A DNA stretch of 64,000 bases from NCBI GenBank assembly GCA_002269645.1, contig NIVC01000212.1, positions 310,001 to 374,000 of the forward strand. Reading direction: 5' to 3'. A model generated the notes under the pieces. The model saw nothing but the letters and a program-made list of their open reading frames with translations, had not been told where the DNA came from and made no database searches. A program made the position numbers and the translations under genes. This stretch comes from Macrostomum lignano. Its lineage: Eukaryota. Shown piece after piece: positions 35,490 through 45,860 of the stretch (position 1 is its first letter; every line of letters begins with the position of its first letter).

Positions 35490-37946
35490 CTAGGGTCGTC
35501 AGAAAAGTTATGTGTATTAGAGAATAGCTCAGCTCTATGAATAGCTGAAGAGTTGGGGTTTTAGCCATAGATATATACATATATAAAGAGTCGCTAGCTT
35601 CAGTTTTAGAGCACCATATCATTTCTAGCTAAAATAGCAGTAATTTTTCAACCACACCCATGGCGCATTCCGTCCCGCGAGAGAGTTTTTCTAAACGCGA
35701 CAATCGAGCGATCATATTGAGTTTCATGTCCTTCAGGGGCGTTCAGCAACCGAGATTTTTGAAGAAATGCGGCAGACCATAGGAGACTTTTGCCCATCTT
35801 ACGATTCGCCGCTGGGCTATTGCCATTCGCAACGGTAAAGAAGACCTCGACGACAAGCCACGCAGTGGACGACCAACGAGTGCTCGGACTGACAGCCTGG
35901 TGAGTCAGGTGGAGGCAGCCGGGACTTCTTCAAGTTTATGTTGATAAAATACTTCTGATTTTCCGATTTTTCTGAAACTTGCAGTGGACACTTATGGGGC
36001 ACCAAAAATTTCAAAAATGCAAAAAAAACTGTAGAAAGTTACCTGTACGGTTGATACAATCACGATTTACTCGATTCCCTATTCTCTTAATGAGGTTCGG
36101 TAAGCAAAAGTTTCTACGAATACATTTTTGAAAGTGTATCCACTAGACTTTTAATATAATAGCACATAGGCTAGAACTTCATTGGGCCAATTAAAGATGA
36201 ATAATAATATCTAAAAATTAATATGCAATTGTCTTTTACGTTCGATGATAATAGTTTTTCAATTTAGTTATAATGCATAGACACTGTTCGCTTTTTTTAA
36301 ATTGCCACGTCACGACCCGCTTGATCTGTGCACTTGCACTTTCACTGCACCCAGCCAAAGCAACGTTCGCAACTTCAAAGCACTTCGCACCTCTCAACCA
36401 ATTACTGTACAAGGCTATACTACTAATTATATTGTATTATGGCAATAACAGCACCTGATTTCGGTAAGCAAATTCATATAGATAAAGTTATAGAATTTAA
36501 CCAACTTCTGAATCTGAAATATGTTGACTCTTTTCTTGTGTCGTCTGATTCAGACAACCCCCCCCCTATTAGGATTGGAATTTATCAACAGAATCTTGAA
36601 TACAAATTGAAGACTTGAATTGCCTCTATTCAAGTTTATGTTGATAAAATCAATCCCCATGAAGAATCTCCCTACCCTAAACCCCCCTTCCCCAATCCCC
36701 GACCCCATGTCCCAGTCGTTGGTTTTAAGCTACAACCCCCCCCTCCTCCCCCCTATTAGGATTGGAATTTATCAACACAATCTTGAATAGGTCTCCATGC
36801 CTCTATTTAAGTTTATGTTGATAAAATCAATCCCCATGAAGAATCTCCCCACCCTAAAACCCCCCATTCCCCATGCCCCAGTGGTTGGTTTTAAGCTACA
36901 TATAATTGGGTTAAAGCTACCAAAAAATGGAGCTCAAATTTGAAATCAGCACCATCAAAAACCTTTATAGAGACAAAATTATGATCTTATCAAAATTGCA
37001 ACTATTTTATCAACATAAACTTGAAGAAGTCCGGCAGCCGTGCTGCAGGACCGGAGACTGACCACCAGGCAGCTGGCTGATGCCATAGGGGTGTCCCACG
37101 ACTCAGTCCACAAGATCCTGACCGAGGACCTTGGGATGCGCAAGGTCTGTGCCAAGTGGGTGCCGCATCTGCTCACTGACGATCAGCAGGCTCGGCGGGT
37201 CGCCATGTGCGCATCCAACCTGCAGCGGTGTCGGCGGGAGGGCACGGCGTTCTTGCAGAGGATCGTTGCCTGCGACGAAACCTGGGCGCATTCTTGGGAG
37301 GCGGAGTTGAAGCGGCAGAGTGCCACTTGGTGCAGGCCAGGTTCTCCGTGACCTCAAAAGGCCATCCGGAGCATCGGCCAGCTGAAGGTCATGCACGTGA
37401 CTTTCTTCGACCGGGAGGGTCTGTTGTTCGATCAGCCTGTGCCAGTGGGGCAGACGGTCAATGGTGATTTCTACCTGTCGGTTTTGGTGAAAGTTCGGCG
37501 TGCCATTCGGGACAAAAGACCTGCACTTCACGCGGCTGGCCCGATTCTGCTTCACGACAACGCAGCCCCGCACCGAAAGCAAAGCGTGCTGGCTACGATC
37601 GAGTCGTGGGGGTGGGAAATTCTTCCGCATCCGCCTTATTCCCCGGACTTAAGTCCATGCGACTTTTTCCTCTTCCCTCGCATCAAGGAGTCGATGCGAG
37701 GCCAGCGTTTCAGCACAGAGGAAGACGTGAATCAGGCCTACAAGGCTGGCATTGCCGCCGTGACGAACAATGGCATGACTACAGGCATTGACGGGCTGGT
37801 GCGGCGTTGGGAGAAGTGTATTGAAGCTGAGGGCTCATACTTTGAGTGAATAGATGTTAAGGAAGACATTTGTAACTTTTCATGTTTCTACTGTTTATCG
37901 TTCTCAAGTTATTACAATATACACAGAACTTTTCTGACAACCCTCG
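35490..37946 (+). mobile_element. mariner (D,D34D) transposon, inactive
   Basis: TA TSDs at 35488-89 and 37947-48; TIR C(T/G)AGGGT(C/T)GTCAGAAAAGTT at both ends. Motifs RSGRP, KWVPHLLT, CDETW, HDNAAPH and HPPYSPDLSPCD, with 34 residues between the 2nd and 3rd D. Stop at ~37349 and N-terminal frameshifts. Confidence 0.95.
35922..37032. mobile_element. 1111-bp non-autonomous TIR element (MITE; Merlin-like or hAT-like) inside the mariner ORF
   Basis: Perfect TIR GGACTTCTTCAAGTTTATGTTGATAAAA; 8-bp TSD GGCAGCCG (35914-35921 and 37033-37040). Removing it restores VEAAVLQDRR. Confidence 0.92.
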
Positions 37947-38169
37947 TACAAATAATCCTAGCTTATAGATAGCTAGCAACCCCCTCTCAGATACCAAGTA
38001 CCCTCCAACCCTCAAGAGCAAGCATCCCCCAATAGCAAGTTGCCTCACATAGCAAGCATCCTTCCGATAGCAAGCATCCCTCAGATTAGCAAGCATCCTT
38101 CAAATAGCAAGCATCCCTCAGATAGCAAGCATCCCCCTGATAGCAAGTACCTAGTGCAACAATTTCCTT

Positions 38170-38430
38170 AGCTTTACAGTGGCTCTTTTATGTTTGACAT
38201 GACGCGTCTTTTTGCGTTTCAAATATTGTCTTTCTTATGTTTGACGTCGCGGCTCATTTCTGTTTTACACGGTGCCTCTTTCATGTTTGATATGGTGGCT
38301 CCTTTATGTTTGGCATGACGCTTCTTTAACGGCAATGGAGAAATGGTGTCTCTTTTATGTTTGACATGGTGGCTCTTTTATGTTTGACATGGTGGCTCTT
38401 TTCTGTTTGACATGGTGGCTCCTTCATGTT
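38170..38430. repeat. Degenerate 23-bp tandem repeat (GGCTCTTTTATGTTTGACATGGT)n
   Basis: Units visible, best preserved at 38340-38430. Confidence 0.8.
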
Positions 38431-38449
38431 TGACCGACATAACAGGCCG

Positions 38450-38970
38450 GTGCGGCGATAGAGTGCCTCATTGGTGACTCGCTCGTAGCCGATCTTGAAG
38501 GCGGCGCGCCGCAGGCCAGCGTGCGCCGCATCGACCTGCAGCTGTTTCGAGCGAATCCGTCAGCGTCCAGGTATCGGCGTTGTACAACAGGACGGCGGCT
38601 TAGTGTGCTTGGCTACGCCGACGATCTCGCCCTGCTGTCCTCGACCGCTAAGGGTGCCCAGCGGCAGCTGGACCGGCTGGTAAGCGTTAAGGCGAGCGTC
38701 GGCCTGGTGGTTAACAAGCGCAGAAGACCGTCGTGCTCTGCGTGCCGGACGACATCGGGGCTGCGATTTTCTGCCGAGGCGCTGACGGACAGGGACGAGG
38801 CTACCGCGCTTCCATCAGTTTGTCTACCTCGGCGGCTGGTGTCTGACGTTCGCGAGGATCTGCCCGACGTCGCCGTGGACTTGCCTGGGCTGCCTTCCGT
38901 TCCGCGAAGGCTGTCCTGCAGTCCGAGGCCGCCATGCCCGAACGCCAGAGCGGTGATCGAGACCGCGTTC
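38450..38970 (+). mobile_element. Degenerate non-LTR (RTE-like) RT fragment
   Basis: LSVLGYADDLALLS..AQRQLDRL...VGLVVN and a downstream FVYLGG in another frame. Confidence 0.8.
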
Positions 38971-40051
38971 TGTTGTAAAATTTTACAATAATTTTAGCTC
39001 TAGAGACACACTAAATGTAGTTGACTATAAATGGAACATATAATTTAATTAAATTTAAAAGTCCTTCTGTCATACATGTATGCCATCAGCGTTCAAATGC
39101 TAATATGCCATCCCACACGAATGATTGTGTAGGCCGCGCGTTTAAGTGAGGCACGGGCCTGCTGCGCGTGGCAGCTTTGGCACGTGTGACCGAACCGTGC
39201 CCTGCCACCCCCTGAAGCCCGTGGCGTGTGCCTAGAAGGCGAGGACAGTAAATGGAGGAGAGAGCTAAAAAATTCTCTCCCTGTAAAGTTAAATAAACTA
39301 GCACATCGGTCCGAGAGACTACACCGGTCTTTCCACTTCGGGCCTGAGCTCGGCCGTTGGCTCCTGGCTACGGAAAAATGTAAAAATGTAGCCCGAGCAT
39401 TTTTGTGTTCCATATTTTGCTGTCGTAGACAGAAGGTAGTGGATAAGTAACAAAAATATCCGCTGCAAAATATAAACCACGCCAAATGTATCCATGGATT
39501 AACATTTAACCTTTAAACTTGATTGATTAACCCCTCAAAGTCCCCCTAAAATGATAAATAATGGTCTACTCTGTTCAATGACAAAGTGATAAAGGTATGG
39601 AAGAGAGTGGTGACAGCTGATTTTATGCATTTTCTAATTTATGCATTGCGACAGACAAGTGTGCAGGAGGGGGGATCATCCAGAGGGCAAAAATCGGGAG
39701 GCAAACGTTGGCGGGCAAAGGTCGGCTCTCAAATATGCGGTGGGCAATAATGCGGCGGACAGACGTCGGCAAAACAAAAACGTCAGACAGATGAAATTTC
39801 GGTGGGCAAATGGAGGCGGCGATGCGTCGAGCCACGGCCGCGTTTCGGTGCGGCTGATCTCTCTGGTGGCTGCAGCCTGCGGTGGTTGAATATAATAGCG
39901 CATATTGGGCAGCTGTTTTGATGCAACTTTGCAATTACGCTACTGTTAGTAGTTTTTGTTTAGGAAATGTCCTAAAGGTTAGTTAAGTATTTTGGTAGAT
40001 ATAGAATAGAGCTAGCTTGGATGGAAGAAGAGATTCGACAAATTAGTCCCC

Positions 40052-41260
40052 GTGGTTTTGTCTGTTGTTAAAACGCGTTGACCTGGGCGGTCGCGGGTCA
40101 GCCCTTGGGGGGGCTCTGCCGCAATAAATATATTTATAAAAATTTTTAAAACGAGTAAATTAATTTGCGAAATAGTATTTAGTATTTGTATAGTATTTCA
40201 CTTTATGTGGTGTAAAACTGAAATCATTGAGATTAAAAATAAAATAGAAGTAATATTTTAAAATTTTGAGAAAATTTTGCTCAAGGAAGGAAAATATTAG
40301 GGATAAAAAACAGGGGAGGGGGTTCCTTATGAGCTGGGATGGATTTTTTAAAAACAATTTTAAAAAGATATTTATAGATATTGTAGATGTTCGTAGATAT
40401 TGTAGAATTAAAAAAAAAGCAATTTAATTGAAATTTGAAAGGAATATTTGTTAGGCAGTCATAAATATGCATCTAATTAAGCTCGAAAAGAAACAAAAAG
40501 GAGTGGGCTGTGCATTGCTCCAGCCCAAATGGTGACACTTTAATTATCTTACCATTTTAGTTATTTTGGTAATTTTTTGATATTTATGAAGATTTTTACA
40601 GCTTTTTTTCCCAAGATATTACTGTAAGTAGTGAACAGTCGAGGAAACACCTAAGTCGGGTTCAGACGCTGAATGCGTGATTTTTTCGTGGGTATATAAA
40701 GGAAATCGAAACGTATACAAGAGCACAGATAAGCAATTGTCACTGGGCACAAGATAAGGGCCTTTCGAGGTCTACCAGGTTAGAGTCTGCGGGCTCGACG
40801 CGGGTTCCTGGCTGAAATCGTCCCCGCGCCTGAGTGACAATGCAGGATAGGTTATCCACAGTGTGGGACCTGAGCATCGATTTACCATGTGGATCTAACT
40901 TGGGCGCCGATCTGACTCTCTTCGGCAAGTTTTTTTTGCTTGTTGTTCGTTACCTTCACTATTGCTTAATGTTCTTTTTGCCTTATTTGCTAGTCTAAGT
41001 TGGGTCGAGGTTGCAGTGGCTGCCCGTTCCCTCTGTTTACCCCATAGCTTGTTTAAGATTGGGGGGTTTCCCTGGGCCGCTCTGGGTAGTTCCGGTTCAG
41101 TCCGAAAATCGTGAAGGTTTGCATTTTGCGCCTTACTGAGCCAGCCGATGCCCAGGTCTAGTATCCTATCTGCAACCATAGGCATTTCCGCTAGCTCGTG
41201 TAGGAATTTAGTTTGCGTGTAACTGGGAGCACCGTAGCATAATCTCAGCATAATCTCAGT
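40052..41260 (-). mobile_element. LINE 3' fragment (RT C-terminus + 3'UTR), inverted relative to its homologue at 43520-44745
   Basis: LRLCYGAPSYTQTKFLHELAEMPMVADRI; the reverse complement aligns with 43520-44745. Confidence 0.8.
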
Positions 41261-41944
41261 CTCGCATAGAGACGCCTAACCGCAGTCACTTCTGTGAAAC
41301 TTGTCTCTGCCTGGCTGAAAGCTTGTAATGAGTGAGTAGGCTGGGTTGGAGGGTAATAGTGGATCGGGAGGGGCTGTGGGTAGCTGTATAGGAAGGCAGG
41401 CCTATACCTGTACCAAGGTGCTCTGACGGTATCCCTCAGGTGCCCTCTGAGCGTGCAGCCAGCGACCCTATTAAAGCTGGAGTGTACCAGAACCAGGACT
41501 GAGTCTGAGCAGGACGAGACCGTTGGCACGGTCATTATAAAAATGGCGGGTTGGCGAAGCAAAGGGCGAAATAGTCCCGGCGAATAGCCCTCCTGCCGCT
41601 TCAAAGATAAGAGACTGTCTGGCAAGAGTACCCGGGGTTTAGTTGGGGGGGAGGCTCCTTCGGGTGGCCACGGCCGTGGGGGCGGTCTTATGACCGGTGT
41701 TTTGGCCTATCTAACCCAGGAGAAGGCACGGGCTCCCCTGAATGGTTCACTCTTCCCCCTCTAGCCTCGGGGAGGTTTATGATTTGTACCCGGGGGTGGT
41801 GGGCGGTCGGCCCCAGCATGGTAGCCACGGCTCTAGGCCTTCGGGTCATCCCTAATAGGCTTGGGTCTATCTAACCTGGTTTTTGGGCACGGGCTTCCTG
41901 ACTGGTATGTCGTTCCGCTGTCACTGTCCCCCGGGGAGGTTTGG

Positions 41945-42350
41945 TTTTTTTTGATACTGCCCTGTACAGTCCTCTATAGTCTAACTTGGCTTTTAGTGTA
42001 CATTAGTACACTCCCTATTAGGAAACTTTTTATATCTAGTGGCGTAAGAGCCTATTTCAATGGCTGAGGCGCCGGAAGCACTTATTTAGTTAGTTAGTTA
42101 GAGATTCGACAAATTAGTCCCCCTCTCTAATTTGGATTTTTAAAAAATAAAACTAGTTGCGTAAGAGCCCTCCCCCAAGGGCTGAGACGCAGGGCCTTTG
42201 ATTGCCCAAAACTTATCAATGTAATGTAATGTAAGAGATTCTACAAATTTGAAACTCATTACAATAAACTGTGGCGTAAGAGCCGACAAGGCTGAGGCGC
42301 CGGGCCTATTAATGCCCAAATACCTATCAATGAAAAAAATGAAATGAAAT
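41945..42350 (+). mobile_element. Three very short 5'-truncated LINE 3' ends with (TTAG)n, (TGTAA)n and (TGAAA)n tails
   Basis: Each has GCGTAAGAGCC-loop-GGCTGA, then a repeat tail, then a GAGATTC motif. Confidence 0.7.
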
Positions 42351-42366
42351 GGAAGAAGAGATTCGA

Positions 42367-43252
42367 TAACCATTCCATACCTTATCACGACTCTGTTCGG
42401 TTCTTAGGCATCATCCTTGACAAACAGCTCACTTTCAAGCCTCACCTTGCCAAAACTGTAAGCGCTGCTCAAAACAAGCTGTTTGCGCTCCAACGCCTAG
42501 CCAAAAAGACCGGTATCTTACAGTTAGGGCTCAGGCTCATCTATAGACTTTAAATTGAGAGTTGTATGGTATATAGTGCTCCAGTGCTGATACATCTCAC
42601 GGATGTTCAGCTCAAAAAGCTACAGTTGCTGCAGAACAAAGCGCTCAGGGTGTCACTTGACGCCCCTCTGTACACTAAAATTAGCTACTTAACTTGCACT
42701 ACATCACAAAGATGCCAATAATTAAAGAGCGCATCTAGAATCTAGCCATGCAAGCGCTGGTATAAAAATACTGAAGCAACTGGGGTGCATAATTTTGACC
42801 TAGACACCAAGAAATGGGATAGAAGGGGGTTCAGGGTGCCAATAAATGTATGCAACAAACCATGACACTAAACTTCTCGGTTCTACATTGCAACACCCTT
42901 CTTTGTGTCACTCCTTATCTCTGTCCTTGTGTTCTCTCATGCCTTACCTACCCTCTCTATCTCATATTGCCACATAGTTTTAATTGTTTTAATTTGTTTT
43001 ACAACACCCTCTCCTCCTCAATTCTCTTCAATTTGTTTTACTGTACTTCGATTTGTTTTACTGTTATTCGATTTTTTAATTTCAGATGCACATTTTATCA
43101 CTCGCACCACTTTTATTCATAAAATGTGATCAACAATCGACAAATTTGTAATACAACAAAATAAACTTATGACGTATGAGCCGACAAGGCTGAAGCGCCG
43201 GGCAACTATTTAAAGCCTAATCACTTAACAAAGAAAAAGAAAAGAAAAAAAC
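42367..43252 (+). mobile_element. 5'-truncated Jockey/I-group-like LINE with a (GAAAA)n tail
   Basis: VRFLGIILDKQLTFKPH, VYSAPV and KLQLLQNKALR; 3' stem-loop at 43178. Confidence 0.85.
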
Positions 43253-43268
43253 GGAAGAAGAGATTCGA

Positions 43269-44760
43269 AACTAAAACTTAAAACCTAACTTTAAGGCTGT
43301 TGGCTGTCATAACAGTGAGGCTGTTATCACCAAATGCAGAGCACTTATTATGTCTATCCATCGCATCTCCAAACTCACCAAACTCAGCAGCGAGACACTA
43401 AAGATGCTGTACAGAGCATATGTTGAGAGCGCCATGACCTATGGCGCCCCAATTCTCTAAGTACTCAGAAACGACAGCATTACAAAACTCCAACAAACCC
43501 AAAACTTTGCCCTTAGATTATGCCATGGCATCCCTAGCTATATACACAAACTAAATTCCTTCATGAGCTAGCCGAGATGCGAATGGTTGCAGATAGGATC
43601 TTGGACCTGGGCATTGGCTGGCTTAGTAAGGCGCAAAATGCTAACCTTCACGAATTTCGGATTGAACCGGACCTACAGCCGGACCTGCAGCCCAGAGAGA
43701 CCCGCCAATCCTTAACAAGCTATGGTGCAAACAGAGGGAGCGGGCCGCCTCTGCACCTCCGATCCAGCCTAGACTAGCAAATAAAGCAAAAAGAACATTA
43801 AGCAACAACGAAGGAAACTAACAACAAACAGCAAAAAACTTGCCGAAGAGATTCAGCGCGGCACCCAAGCTAAATCCACGTGGTGAATTGTTGCGCAGGT
43901 CCCACACTGTGGATAACCTATCTTGCAATGTCACTCAGGCACACGACGATTTCAGCTAGGAACCCGCGTCGGGCCCGCAGACCTGGCAGACCTCGAAAGG
44001 CCCTTATCTTGTGCCCAGCTCGATTTTCGTTGTATACCCACGAAAAAAATCACGCATCCTGTGTCTGAACCCGATTCAGATATTTCTTCTACTTTTCACT
44101 TCTTATAGTAGCATCTAAAGAAGAAAGCCGTTATAATTTACTAAAACGACGAAAATAAAAGTTAAAAAGAATGCCACCATTTGGGCTGGAGCAGTGCACA
44201 AGCTCACTCTCATCCATTATCAGGCTCAATTATCTGACTCACAAATATCTATTAAACAAAATAAATAGCCTTTACTACCTTTATACTTCAAATTGCTTTT
44301 ATTGTACAACATCTAAATGCTGGTTACTTACAAAATCAAAATAATGCAACACACACAATACTAAAAAATGTAATTTTTATTCTCAATACTGTACATTGGT
44401 ATTAGATTTTTTATTAACAAATACTATACGTAGCTTTTAAACTCATTCCAACTCAAAAGAATCCCTTTCCCCAGATTTTTATCCCCTTTTCCTTATATTT
44501 CCTTTTTGAGTAAAATATAAAAAAAATACTTTAATGTTCATTTTTATATTCATTTTCAATGTTTTACAGTTTTACACATTTTCCCTCCAAAATAAGCTTT
44601 TTATACAAAATAACCATTATCGCAAACCTTCAGATAATGCTCGTTTTATAAAAATTTATAAATATAGATATTGCGGCAGAGCCCCTCCAAGGGCTGACCC
44701 GCGACCTAATACTTTTAAGGTCAACGCGTATTAGCAACAACAAAATTTAAAACCTAAACG
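43269..44760 (+). mobile_element. 5'-truncated Jockey/I-group-like LINE with a long 3'UTR
   Basis: LKMLYRAYVESAMTYGAP..KLQQTQNFALR; 3' stem-loop at 44678. Confidence 0.82.
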
Positions 44761-45090
44761 TTAGGATCCAGCGTAGGGTTTAAGGGAGGCGTTGCTGCCC
44801 ATTTTGCTAAACCCTGGTGACCAAGGGCAAGCTGAAGATCCGGTGGTGCTTGTGTCCGCAGCGCTGTCGCCGAATGTCGCTCGACCGGTAGCCCTTAGGT
44901 AGCGGATAAGCTGGCAGAGATTCTCGGGCCTGAAAACGTCGGAGAGGTCCGGGTTTGGGCCGAGGTAGGTGAGCCTGTCCTGAGTAAAGGCGGGGCATTC
45001 ACAAATGAAGTGCTCCGCATTCTCAACATCGGAGAGGCATATGGGCATTGCTCCATGCGGATTTTTCCCTAGAGGTAGCGATGCCATAGC
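44761..45090 (-). mobile_element. LINE C-terminal zinc-knuckle fragment (different family)
   Basis: C..DVENAEHFICECPAF..DR..YLG motif, typical of non-LTR ORF2 C-termini. Confidence 0.65.
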
Positions 45091-45599
45091 TTATGACTGA
45101 TTAAAAAAATGAGGTGGAAATCATGTTTTCTGGGATAGGCTCGTAGAATTAAAACATTTTTTCACCTGTAACAAAAAATCTCAAGTTTTTATTTCGTTTT
45201 CGGCATGTTGACGCTGAAAGTCACGATACTGACAGAGCTGAAAGCTCACCAGCTGGTTATTTGCGACTTTGCCTGGCTTACAATTGCACTGCGAAAATCG
45301 TGAAACAGTTGAAAGTTTCTTGTTACCATGGACCGGAGAAAAAAACTGTAGACTAAACAAAACTGTTTTTTGTTTGTCGAAGAGATGCGCATGATTGCTT
45401 CCAATTTCGGATTTTTTAACGCCGCTTGTGGTATCTGTAAAATTAATTTTTGCAGTTTTTAAGAAAAAATGTTCTGAACAAGATAATTTAAAGTGTAATA
45501 AAAAACAACTAATGAAGTCAAGTTTTTTTTATTCGTTACCACCACAGCACACAAAAACTATCTGAGAGACTTATGTAGAGGCCAGGACACTTATTGAGA

Positions 45600-45790
45600 T
45601 CAAGACACTGTTCTTAACAGCATCAGTATTTAGATCAAGACAACTTGAGACACTGCTTTTATTGAGATCAGAACACTGCTTTTGAGATCAGGACACTGCT
45701 TTTGAGATCAGGACTGCTTTTGAAAACTCAAAAAGTCCTGAGCTTTTGAGATCAGGACACTGCTGAGTTTTGAGTTTTGAGTTTCAGGAC
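45600..45790. repeat. ~20-bp tandem repeat (TTTTGAGATCAGGACACTGC)n
   Basis: Degenerate units immediately 3' of methyltransferase copy 2. Confidence 0.75.
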
Positions 45791-45860
45791 TCTGTATAGC
45801 ATGCAGGCTGCTGTAGCATGCATGATTTTAAGGTCTTTTACATCATTTTTGCAAAGTAAT

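Noticed and set aside
40023-40051. LINE target motif as the 28S rDNA R1/R2 site
   Set aside because: Only GAGATTC and GTCCC resemble 28S, the spacing differs, and there is no flanking rDNA.
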